Shown: piece after piece, positions 26,758-35,241 of the stretch
Layout of the letters: the number at the start of each line of letters is the position of its first letter
Position numbering within the stretch: position 1 is the stretch's first letter
Assembly: GCA_026391775.1 (NCBI GenBank)
Contig: JAPLDK010000007.1
Location: 1,065-65,064, forward strand
Length of the DNA stretch: 64,000 bases
Origin: Bacteroidota bacterium
GTDB lineage: Bacteria > Bacteroidota > Bacteroidia > Bacteroidales > FEN-979
Reading direction: 5' to 3'
Position numbers and translations under genes: made by a program
Notes under the pieces: generated by a model
Seen by the model: the letters and a program-made list of their open reading frames with translations, nothing else
What the model was told of the DNA's origin: nothing
The model's database searches: none

Positions 26758-27849
26758 TTATTCTCCGACTGTTTCCAGGATTGAGAGAGGCGCAATGGTA
26801 GGTATGATTCGTCGTAGCCTGAACCCGGAATTATTAAGCATGGTTTCAAAATTACGCCTTGTCCTTTCTTTTCCTCCTTGCATGATTGCAAGCATCTGGA
26901 TATCCACCATTTTTGCATAGGAGGGGATATTTGGGCCTGGTAAGATCATTTCAAGGATCAGCAAACGCGAACCCTTTCCCATTGTTTTCCTCAGATTCCC
27001 CAGTATTATCCTGCAATGTTCATCATCCCAGTTATGTAATACATTTTTCATCAGGTAGAGATCAGCTTCAACATTGAAAGGTTCCAGAAAACTGCCCGGT
27101 GAAAAGCTCATTCTCAGGTTCAGGCCGCAAGAATGAATAAAATCTGCAGCTTTTCCGGCATTTTCGGGCAAATCAAAAAGAATACCCTTTACAGCTGCAT
27201 ATTTTTCAAGGACCTTTGCAAGCAAAAACCCTTCACCTCCTCCAATATCTGCTATAGTCTTAAATTTCGAGAAGTTGAATCGTGAGAGCACGGGATTCAA
27301 AGCCAGTGCAGAAAGATCCGACATGGACTTTTCGAATCGCTGCAGTTCATCATGGTTCTGCTGAAGGTAAGGGTAAATGTCCATTCCGAACAAACCGGCA
27401 AACGCGCTTTCCCCTGTTTTAACAGTATGAAGCAGGTTTCCGCCGGCCAACCAGTTGATCCGGCCAAGGTGGTGAATGATCATATTCCTCATGCTGCCGT
27501 CACCATCAAGCAATGCTTTGGCGCGGGAATTCAACCTGAAACGCCTGCCGTCCATTTCTTTAAATATCCCTGAGGAGGCAAGGGCTCTAAGTATCCTGTA
27601 CAATGCTTCCTCCTGTGATTTTGTTTTATCGGCAAGTTCTTCCACGCTTAGTGGTTTTTCTCTCAAATGTTCCGCAATATTAAGTTCGGCAGCAATAAAA
27701 AGAGGCTGCAGCAGCCAGAATGACTGGAACTGCTCATACAGCACAACTGAACCCGGAAACAGATTCCTGTGAAGTTTCAGAAGCAGGCCCCTGAAGACGT
27801 TAAGGGCTTTCACAAAGCCATAAGGTGGAAGTTTTTGAATACTGCTCAT
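26758..27849 (-). CDS. SAM-dependent O-methyltransferase (family 2, with N-terminal winged-helix dimerisation domain)
   Basis: 363 aa. LSVEELADKTKSQEEALYRILRALASSGIF (dimerisation wHTH), IADIGGGEGFLLAKVL (SAM motif I) and LMKNVLHNWDDE. Confidence 0.8.
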   Translation of the reverse strand: MSSIQKLPPYGFVKALNVFRGLLLKLHRNLFPGSVVLYEQFQSFWLLQPLFIAAELNIAEHLREKPLSVEELADKTKSQEEALYRILRALASSGIFKEMDGRRFRLNSRAKALLDGDGSMRNMIIHHLGRINWLAGGNLLHTVKTGESAFAGLFGMDIYPYLQQNHDELQRFEKSMSDLSALALNPVLSRFNFSKFKTIADIGGGEGFLLAKVLEKYAAVKGILFDLPENAGKAADFIHSCGLNLRMSFSPGSFLEPFNVEADLYLMKNVLHNWDDEHCRIILGNLRKTMGKGSRLLILEMILPGPNIPSYAKMVDIQMLAIMQGGKERTRRNFETMLNNSGFRLRRIIPTIAPLSILETVGE

Positions 27850-27859
27850 TTATTTCTGT

Positions 27860-30250
27860 TTAAAACTGAATTCTCCATGTTGCCATTGGGAAAAATCCCA
27901 TGTTAAAAAAGTTCCTTATCTCACCTGTTTTCGGATCGATCCGCTGAAGATACACATTTGTATAATTTGTCCTGTATTGCAAATCAAGAATGAATTCGAT
28001 ATTATAGCCCGGAAGGTTTCTTTTAAGCCCAAACCGTAAAGAAGCCCTCTTGTAATCCGGGTACCTGACTGTGAATGATGCGGGCCAGTCCATCATGGTC
28101 TCGCCCGAAGCTACCGTGGCATTCACATCAAAGGGTATATAAGGATTTCCGCCGGCATAGGTAGCTCTCAGGCCCAGGGAAAGGATTCCCCACCGGCGTT
28201 TTCCAATAACGAAATCATATCCGCCAACAGCATTCAGCACATAATTAACCCCGAATGCTGAATTCCTTCTTACATTATCATATGCAGTATAAGTTGACTG
28301 GTATACAGAGGCTGTGAACAGGAAGTAATACTGTTTATTATAATATCTTTCAAAGGTAAATTCAATACCATAATTTGAGCCGGTCCCCTTATTGATGAGG
28401 CTGTCGGAATATTGTCTGTTCAGAAAGAAGTCATGGCCCTCATTGATGAGAGAATACTGCGGAATCGAGGATTTTACGGGCAGATCGTACAAGTATTGAT
28501 AATATACCTCGGTTTTTAAATGAAGTATTTTGGTCGGTCTGAAATCATAGGAAAGGGCTGACTGAACCGACCTGATAAAATCCAGGTTCCTGTTCGGCTG
28601 AATCATTGCACCACCGGGCAGTCTGTTAATCTGGAAATAAATTACATGGGGTGGCATCTGGCTGTACAGCCCGGCACCGAAATTCAAGGTATGTTTATCC
28701 GAGATCCTCCAATCCAGGCCTATTCTGGGTTCTGCAGACCAGGAATTGTTCAAAAGAAGCCAGGATCCGTAAATCCCTGCTTTAAGATCAACTGAAGGTG
28801 CAAGACTCTGAAGCCATTGACCGTAAACCCTCACAAAATCCATCTGTTCCTTCGTTCCGGTATGAACCTGGAATGAACTTTTAAACATCATGCTGTCGGA
28901 GAATTGCATAAAAAAATGGTCATAGCTGAGACCTGACTCCATAGAGCTTTTGGTGGAAAATTTTTTGTAGACTCTGGAGGAGAATGAAAGTTTTACTTCC
29001 GAACTTCGTTCACCTGCCCATAGAGAGGGGGTCGTAACCACATTCGAGAAGGTGTCAATACTGGTGTAAACAAGCGAACTTACTGCATACAGCATAGTCT
29101 TCATCCTTAATCCGGGCTTTAATGCTGCCTGGTGAGTCAGCCCCAGGACCGCGAGGTTAGAACCGTTGGCAAGATTCTCGCCGTAATCGGGGAACATCCA
29201 TCCGGACTGTTCCTTTCGGCTGTCGAAAAGCTGTATATAACTCAATCCTCCCATCCCGGTAATGGTCAGGATACCAGTTTTCCGCAGAGGAATGTTCACT
29301 TTAAAGCTAAGATCCTGGTATTGGGGCACAACATTCATTTTGACCCCGGTATAGCTTAATAGTTGCAGCATTGAGACCCTGTATGAGAAAATGTACGATG
29401 CAGCGCTTTTATTTGAGAACGGGCCTTCAGAGCCAAATTCCAGGCCGTTCCATCCAAGCCCGAACCAAAATTCGTGATGATCGCTGTTCCCTGTTTTCAG
29501 CCGGAGGTCGAACACCCCGGCTGTTGTGTTGCCATATTGGGCCGGGAAAGAACCAGTAAGGAAGTCAGAATTCGTCAGAAGATTATCATTGAGCATCGTG
29601 ACCGGCCCGCCGGTAGTGCCCACTGCTGCAAAATGGTTGGGGTTTGGAATTTCCATATCATCAAGCCTCCACTGAACACCTGAAGGGGAGTTGCCCCTTA
29701 CAATGATATCGTTCCGGTTATCAATGCCAGAAGTAACACCAGCAAAATTCTGTGCCATTCTTGCAGGATCATTATATGTACCTGGGAACCTGAATGTTTC
29801 GTCAACACTGAAAGGACGAATGCTAACAGAAACCATCCTGTTAAGCGCTTCTCCTTTCCTGTAAACTCCTTTAACTTCAACTTCCTTTCCGTTTATACCT
29901 GTTTGTTGTAGATAAACAGTTATATCGGCCTCTTTTCCGCTGCTTATTACCAGAGGGTCTGAGATCAATGTGGCATAGCCGATAAAACTGACTTTAAGTT
30001 CTGCACTTCCTATAGGAATACCTTTCAGCCCGAAATGGCCAATTTCATCGGTTGAACAAGCCAGGGGAGGGTCAGAATTAACCAGCAGGATACTGGCGCC
30101 GGCAAGGGGCTCCAGGGATTGTGCATCAAGAACTATGCCTTTTACAGAGGATCTGAGCACGGGTTGCGCCCTTACCTCATCCGCAGACATAAACAAAAAG
30201 AAAAAACAAGTACAAAGAGCAAAAGATAATCGGTAAACAAATCCTGGCAT
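27860..30250 (-). CDS. TonB-dependent receptor with CarboxypepD_reg-like N-terminal domain
   Basis: 796 aa. Has a signal peptide, VKGIVLDAQSLEPLAGASILLVNS (CarboxypepD_reg), plug-like DIIVRGNSPSGVQWRLDDMEIPNPNHF, a long beta-barrel and a C-terminal ...TWRIQF. Confidence 0.8.
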   Translation of the reverse strand: MPGFVYRLSFALCTCFFFLFMSADEVRAQPVLRSSVKGIVLDAQSLEPLAGASILLVNSDPPLACSTDEIGHFGLKGIPIGSAELKVSFIGYATLISDPLVISSGKEADITVYLQQTGINGKEVEVKGVYRKGEALNRMVSVSIRPFSVDETFRFPGTYNDPARMAQNFAGVTSGIDNRNDIIVRGNSPSGVQWRLDDMEIPNPNHFAAVGTTGGPVTMLNDNLLTNSDFLTGSFPAQYGNTTAGVFDLRLKTGNSDHHEFWFGLGWNGLEFGSEGPFSNKSAASYIFSYRVSMLQLLSYTGVKMNVVPQYQDLSFKVNIPLRKTGILTITGMGGLSYIQLFDSRKEQSGWMFPDYGENLANGSNLAVLGLTHQAALKPGLRMKTMLYAVSSLVYTSIDTFSNVVTTPSLWAGERSSEVKLSFSSRVYKKFSTKSSMESGLSYDHFFMQFSDSMMFKSSFQVHTGTKEQMDFVRVYGQWLQSLAPSVDLKAGIYGSWLLLNNSWSAEPRIGLDWRISDKHTLNFGAGLYSQMPPHVIYFQINRLPGGAMIQPNRNLDFIRSVQSALSYDFRPTKILHLKTEVYYQYLYDLPVKSSIPQYSLINEGHDFFLNRQYSDSLINKGTGSNYGIEFTFERYYNKQYYFLFTASVYQSTYTAYDNVRRNSAFGVNYVLNAVGGYDFVIGKRRWGILSLGLRATYAGGNPYIPFDVNATVASGETMMDWPASFTVRYPDYKRASLRFGLKRNLPGYNIEFILDLQYRTNYTNVYLQRIDPKTGEIRNFFNMGFFPMATWRIQF

Positions 30251-30270
30251 GATGTAAAGATAGGGAGATT

Positions 30271-30657
30271 TTAATCTTCCATCATCCTGTCAACCTGTTC
30301 CTTTGTAAGCCTTGTCCAGACCGGGTTTGAAAATTTTCCGCCACTCCATTCGAATTCCACCCTGTCGAAAGATTCTCCATAAAAAGTGAGTTTACTTCCA
30401 AGGTCAGGGGTATGTTCAATGAAAATAAAGCTTTCGGGAGTTTCACCGTTTGTCTTCAGAATCTGGGTAGCCAGGTATTCAACGACTTCAGTGACAGGTG
30501 AACCGGGATTCTGCCGGTAGATCTCGGTCGCAATGGCAAGCGTTTTCCCATCTTTTCTCTTTACCAGCTTCAACCCGCATTTAGAAGGGCTGCCCCAATG
30601 GCCAAGGTAATCGAAGTAGCTGTCCATGTATTTGTTAAAGGCAGGATTGGTTTCCAT
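30271..30657 (-). CDS. Hypothetical protein
   Basis: 128 aa, soluble, no recognisable motif. Co-directional and tightly spaced within the cluster. Confidence 0.5.
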   Translation of the reverse strand: METNPAFNKYMDSYFDYLGHWGSPSKCGLKLVKRKDGKTLAIATEIYRQNPGSPVTEVVEYLATQILKTNGETPESFIFIEHTPDLGSKLTFYGESFDRVEFEWSGGKFSNPVWTRLTKEQVDRMMED

Positions 30658-30659
30658 AA

Positions 30660-30691
30660 TGAAATAGCGAAGTAGTGAAATAGCGAAGCAG
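30660..30691. repeat. Tandem 16-nt direct repeat (2 copies, 15/16 identical)
   Basis: tgaaatagcgaagtag / tgaaatagcgaagcag. It fills most of the 46-nt gap between the rSAM stop (30704) and the ATG of 30271..30657. The proximal copy ends 2 nt from that ATG. Confidence 0.9.
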
Positions 30692-30703
30692 AGACAATTT
30701 TAA

Positions 30704-31978
30704 TTATACAATATCGGTTACTTTTTTCCCGAAGCTGATATCAGCAAGGTCGCGGCGGCGGGGTGTATATGTACCGTCGGCCAATTCCCTTGCCATAACC
30801 CTGTTAATGAGGTTGAACATTTTCATGGTCTGGGGTTCGTCCTTATAGAAGGTATCCCAGGCATAATGATACAGTTCGGTGAGCCTTTCAGGGCTCATAT
30901 GTTTGGGATAGTACACAACTTTACCTGCATTATAATGATTCCAATCCTTATCAAAGATCCGGTTTTGTTTCAACAGGTCGCTGTATGCTTTTGTATGAGG
31001 AAAAGGCGCCAATACAGTGAATTCGGCAAGGTCCAGGTCGATCTCCAGGAGAAAATCGATAAGTCGTTTTATATCATCTTCGGTTTGGTTATCCAGGCCC
31101 AGGAGTATAGTGCCTTCAACTGCAATACCGTAATCATGATACTGTTTGATGCGGTTACGGATATAATCCGATGTGTCAAACACTGCCTGGTAAACATACC
31201 AGGCACCTGCCTGGGCAGCAAGGTCCAGTACTTCATTCTTGTCTTCAATGGTATGGCTTACCCATTTCTTTTTAAGAGGGATCATTGCCCTGAAAAGCTT
31301 CTTTTCCCATTCCGTATCAAGAGCCAGTGAATTGTCAACGATGAATAGGCGGTTGTTATCCATCTGCGAAAGTTCCTCAACTACACGGTCAATTGGGCGT
31401 GGGCGAAAACCTCGGCCGCCGAGATATCTTACGGCGCAGGGGTAACAGTCATAAATACATCCCCGCGAGGCATGGAACAGGTCAACCATCCTGAAACCTT
31501 TATGATAATAAAGGTCTTTTTTCAGGATGTCCCTGTTTGCCGGACCGATCAGATTCATATCAGGGGGCTTGCTGAGGTAGTTATAGATCTTCTTAAGATC
31601 ATTCTTCCTGAAGTCTTCAAAAACCAGTTCAAGGCGGCCTTCTACTTCGCCAAGGAAGACTGAATCGGCATGAAGCATAGTCTCTTCGGCATGAAGCATA
31701 GTTGAAATACCTCCGAAAATAACCTTCTTGCCCAATGAACGGTACTGGTCCGCAATTTCCCAGCCACGTTTCACCTGGGTGGTCAGCATCATCGAGATGC
31801 CCACAAAGTCAGCAGAATCATCTATTATGAGTTCTTCGACGTTCTCATCGGTAAAATCGATTTCTATGCCTTCAGGCACTTCCGCAGCCATTACTACGGG
31901 TCCATGAGGAGGAAGGTAAAAGATTGTTTGTCCTTCCAGTTTTTCCCAACGGGGATATATTAGTTTAAACTTCATCAT
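30704..31978 (-). CDS. Cobalamin-binding-domain radical SAM protein (class B-like)
   Basis: 424 aa. N-terminal B12-binding-like Rossmann segment (FVGISMMLTTQ...VIFGGI). CX3CX2C cluster motif FHASRGCIYDCYPCAVR. Confidence 0.8.
   Translation of the reverse strand: MMKFKLIYPRWEKLEGQTIFYLPPHGPVVMAAEVPEGIEIDFTDENVEELIIDDSADFVGISMMLTTQVKRGWEIADQYRSLGKKVIFGGISTMLHAEETMLHADSVFLGEVEGRLELVFEDFRKNDLKKIYNYLSKPPDMNLIGPANRDILKKDLYYHKGFRMVDLFHASRGCIYDCYPCAVRYLGGRGFRPRPIDRVVEELSQMDNNRLFIVDNSLALDTEWEKKLFRAMIPLKKKWVSHTIEDKNEVLDLAAQAGAWYVYQAVFDTSDYIRNRIKQYHDYGIAVEGTILLGLDNQTEDDIKRLIDFLLEIDLDLAEFTVLAPFPHTKAYSDLLKQNRIFDKDWNHYNAGKVVYYPKHMSPERLTELYHYAWDTFYKDEPQTMKMFNLINRVMARELADGTYTPRRRDLADISFGKKVTDIV
31665..31702. 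repeat. In-frame 21-bp tandem duplication inside the rSAM gene
   Basis: tcggcatgaagcatagt occurs at 31665-31681 and again at 31686-31702, giving a 21-nt period. It encodes TMLHAEE-TMLHAD in GGISTMLHAEETMLHADSVFLGE. Confidence 0.9.
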
Positions 31979-32045
31979 TTTTGGTTTAGTCCTTACTCAT
32001 CATGCAGAATCACTTCAAAGCATGACTCAACCGGTTCTTTCCGGT

Positions 32046-33752
32046 TTAATTAATTTTCAATTCCGTATTGCACTCGGCAATCCGCCGGATAATTTTTTGT
32101 TTTTCCTGCCATCTCGGCACTTCACACCTCAAAGCCCGATAATAACATGATCTGGCTTCAGCAGGTTTTTTCCGGGCGTTGTAATATTCCGCAGCCAGGA
32201 ACCAGGATTCATAGAATTCCGGATTCGTATGTGTAAAAGCAGAAATAAAAGAACATTCATTGGACAGTACCCTGTCATTCTTTATACAATCATGAAGGAT
32301 TCTCTTCATAGCCCTGAACTCAATAAAAGCTCTGTATCCGGCTGATTTCAGGAAGATGTCGGGTGGTATCTCTACCTCCTTCACTTCTATTTCCACACTC
32401 TGGTCTGAGCCTGCAAAATTATGAAAAATTTTTTTCAGGTCGAAGCATTTATAAGCACCCAGTTGCCATGGACCTGTAGAAACCCAGACAAGCCTTTCGG
32501 CAGGCCTGAAAATAATGGAGTGATGAGCAATAAGCTGGTTCATCGCTTTTTCATTTCCCATACCGATATCCCGGCCGTTTAAACCGGCCCGGTCTCTAAG
32601 TATCCAGGCTGCTTTTTCCACATTCAATGGTGATTGCCTGATGATATCTTCCTGTAGACGTTGGTATCTGTACATTGATGCATTGTCCCTGATATTTTCT
32701 TTATTCACAGGGTCCCTGGCAAACTCTGCAGATTGAAAATGATTTGCACATAGAATTGTGTTTCCCTTAGGTTCAAGTATGGCGGTTATAAAAGGTGATT
32801 TTTCAATCACAACTGCATGCCTGTCCTTTGCGGAGCCAATGAGAAGGGATTCGGAAACGAATGTGTGACGTTTCTCGGCAATGGCATATGCCTCGTAAAT
32901 TGTTGAGGCATATTGCAGTATCTCTCTCGCCAGTAGAGAGATTGGTGTACGGGCCGATAATGGGATTTTAGACCGCGCGGCATTTATTGTCACAGTAAGG
33001 CCTTCTTCATTCATGCCTGAGACAGCGCCTATCATACTTCCCCAGGTGACCATCATGAAGGCATGGCCGGTGTCGGGCTGCTCAAAGCAGATGATCTTAT
33101 TCCTGGCAAATTCATCCCCCATATAGAAATCAAAGTTCCTTCCCAAAATCAGGTTGCCATCGGCACTTGAATTACCCCAGGCCCCAAATGAAGTGCAGCC
33201 CACCAAACTAAGCTGCTCCAGCGCATGGCCAATATCATGCGCCGAATGATAGTTAAGCATCCTCTGGTAATTTGTGCCGATATAGGCAAAATCATCACTG
33301 GCTGAATAACTTATTCCATAGATCTCCTGCTTATATTCCAGTGGAATATACTTATCGAGATCCCTGTTGAACCAGTAAATAAAGTATTTCAGGAAACGGA
33401 GATAAAAATCGGAAGGGATCATTTTCCTTATCTGACTTATAAAAGCTTTTTCCTGCTCATATATCAAAGCTTTCGCAAGTTTCCCGTTTGCAAGGCCACG
33501 TTCATATGGGCTTCCTTTAAGGTACATAAGCCAAAGGCCTGAAGTGTCTTTTCTGAGCCAGGATTGCCCGCAGCGTGTGAAATCTTTGGAAATAACTGAA
33601 ACTTCTGCCGTGTCGGCAGAACGGTCGGCTATTACAGGTGGGTTGATATTAATGGATATCCTGAACCATGCCCACAAACTGAGCAGGATTGCTGCCATGA
33701 TGAACAATGCAAGCCAGACCCTGTTTTGCTTGCGGTTTTCCTTATTCTGCAT
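32046..33752 (-). CDS. Peptidase C45 / acyl-CoA:6-aminopenicillanic acid acyltransferase-like Ntn enzyme with C-terminal TPR-like region
   Basis: N-terminal membrane anchor. The putative Ntn nucleophile context LVGCTSFGAWGNSSADGNLILGRNFDF is characteristic of the C45/AAT family. The helical C-terminus (YYNARKKPAEARSCYYRAL) is TPR-like. Start chosen at the ATG at 33752. The ORF-track start at 33797 would overlap the upstream gene by 56 nt. Confidence 0.65.
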   Translation of the reverse strand: MQNKENRKQNRVWLALFIMAAILLSLWAWFRISININPPVIADRSADTAEVSVISKDFTRCGQSWLRKDTSGLWLMYLKGSPYERGLANGKLAKALIYEQEKAFISQIRKMIPSDFYLRFLKYFIYWFNRDLDKYIPLEYKQEIYGISYSASDDFAYIGTNYQRMLNYHSAHDIGHALEQLSLVGCTSFGAWGNSSADGNLILGRNFDFYMGDEFARNKIICFEQPDTGHAFMMVTWGSMIGAVSGMNEEGLTVTINAARSKIPLSARTPISLLAREILQYASTIYEAYAIAEKRHTFVSESLLIGSAKDRHAVVIEKSPFITAILEPKGNTILCANHFQSAEFARDPVNKENIRDNASMYRYQRLQEDIIRQSPLNVEKAAWILRDRAGLNGRDIGMGNEKAMNQLIAHHSIIFRPAERLVWVSTGPWQLGAYKCFDLKKIFHNFAGSDQSVEIEVKEVEIPPDIFLKSAGYRAFIEFRAMKRILHDCIKNDRVLSNECSFISAFTHTNPEFYESWFLAAEYYNARKKPAEARSCYYRALRCEVPRWQEKQKIIRRIAECNTELKIN

Positions 33753-35241
33753 CACGGATTTTATTAAACAAGTATTCCAGTCCAAGTATTTCAGCACAGG
33801 TCATGATTGCGCCTATGGTAACACCGGGGGCCCCATGCATATTCAGGTTTTGTCCTGTAAAATAAAAACCAGGTATTTTGGTATGTGGCAAAATCATTGT
33901 TTTAAGGTAGTTCCCCGATTCCTTCCGTATGCCGTACATGGAACCTTCCGGGGTACCTGTAAAATCTCTCCAGGTGAGGGGAGTTGAAATTTCCACAGAG
34001 TTTATTGAAGAATTTATGTCCGGGAATTTTCGTTCGACCAGCTGTAGGAGTTTCCCTGCATACCTGGTCTTGAGTTCCATGTAATCCTGGCCCCGCCTGG
34101 AGGATACAGTGCCTTCCCATCGTTTAACTTCGTCAAAACGCATATATGAAAGAATGCAGAGGGCGGAGGTATGATCGCCATGTCTCGCTGATGAAGGTGT
34201 ATACAGGAAATACATCCCGGGCCATTGTTCATCTTTACATTCCTGTCCGTTCCAGACATCCCGGGAAGAATGATAATATATATTATAATCCAGGTAAGGG
34301 AAACTTCCGGGTTTAAGGCCAAGATACAATCCGAAGGACGAAACCGAATTTTCCATACTCATGATCCTTGACTGGAATGATCGTTTAACCAGGTATGGCT
34401 CAAGCAGGCCGATAGCAGTTTGGGGATGGATTCCGGCGATAATCCGGCCTGCAACAAACAATTCATCTCCTGAAGTCTCAACCTGGAATTTGTTTTTCAA
34501 TGATGAAATTTTTCTGACTTCCTTTCTAATCATAACCTTGCCTCCTGCAGAAGTTATGGCAGAAATGAGATGATCGGCGATTTGCTTGCTGCCATGCCTC
34601 AACCTCCAGGCACTGCTGATAAAGGAATGATTGATGAGGGCATACTGATGCCAGGGGGTGGATACCTTCCGCCCTGCATACAGGAAATTATTGCCTGAAA
34701 GCACTTCCAGTAGTTTGAGGTTTTCCGTACCTTTTCCTGCCATTGTATACAGAAAATCCCAGGCATTGGTTCTCATCCAGGTGTTTTTGGTATGCCTGTC
34801 GGTGAGCTGAAAATTGTATAAAGGAAAAGCCGAAACTGTTTCTTTCAGAGCCGAAACATACTGCCTGAGAAAATCGCGGGATGCAGGGAAATGGGCTGCC
34901 AGATTTTCAATAAAATTGTTGAAACCCTGGGCGAGTGGAAAATCCCTGCCATCCAGTGAGATCAGATCATAACAGTCCTTATTCAGCGGTTCCAGAGCCA
35001 GGGACTGCGACAGGCCGAAGTATTTCCAGTAAGAGTGAAGTGTCTGTCCCGGCATCATACTACCAATATAATGGATCCCAGTGTCAAAAGAATTCTCACC
35101 TCTCTGAAAACTCTGCAGACAACCACCTGGAACCGAATGCTTTTCAAGTATGCATACACTGAATCCTTCCTTGCTTAGAATATAACCGCAAAGCAAACTG
35201 CCTAAGCCTGATCCAATGATAATGACGTCATAGCGGTTCAT
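33742..35241 (-). CDS. FAD-dependent oxidoreductase, phytoene desaturase (CrtI)-like
   Basis: 499 aa. Dinucleotide fold YDVIIIGSGLGSLLCGYILSKEGFSVCILEKH and C-terminal FYFTGQNLNMHGAPGVTIGA. Has an ATGA overlap with the upstream gene. Confidence 0.75.
   Translation of the reverse strand: MNRYDVIIIGSGLGSLLCGYILSKEGFSVCILEKHSVPGGCLQSFQRGENSFDTGIHYIGSMMPGQTLHSYWKYFGLSQSLALEPLNKDCYDLISLDGRDFPLAQGFNNFIENLAAHFPASRDFLRQYVSALKETVSAFPLYNFQLTDRHTKNTWMRTNAWDFLYTMAGKGTENLKLLEVLSGNNFLYAGRKVSTPWHQYALINHSFISSAWRLRHGSKQIADHLISAITSAGGKVMIRKEVRKISSLKNKFQVETSGDELFVAGRIIAGIHPQTAIGLLEPYLVKRSFQSRIMSMENSVSSFGLYLGLKPGSFPYLDYNIYYHSSRDVWNGQECKDEQWPGMYFLYTPSSARHGDHTSALCILSYMRFDEVKRWEGTVSSRRGQDYMELKTRYAGKLLQLVERKFPDINSSINSVEISTPLTWRDFTGTPEGSMYGIRKESGNYLKTMILPHTKIPGFYFTGQNLNMHGAPGVTIGAIMTCAEILGLEYLFNKIRDAE

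Noticed and set aside
27850-30270. Cobalamin riboswitch upstream of the TonB-dependent receptor, or elsewhere near the B12-rSAM genes
   Set aside because: The gaps flanking the receptor are 10 and 20 nt. No intergenic region in the cluster is long enough (the maximum is about 104 nt) to hold a cobalamin riboswitch of roughly 200 nt.
32029-32046. Hairpin aaccgg-ttcttt-ccggtt right after the C45 gene stop
   Set aside because: The stem is only 6 bp and no U-run follows on the transcribed (minus) strand. It is too weak to call a terminator or regulatory structure.
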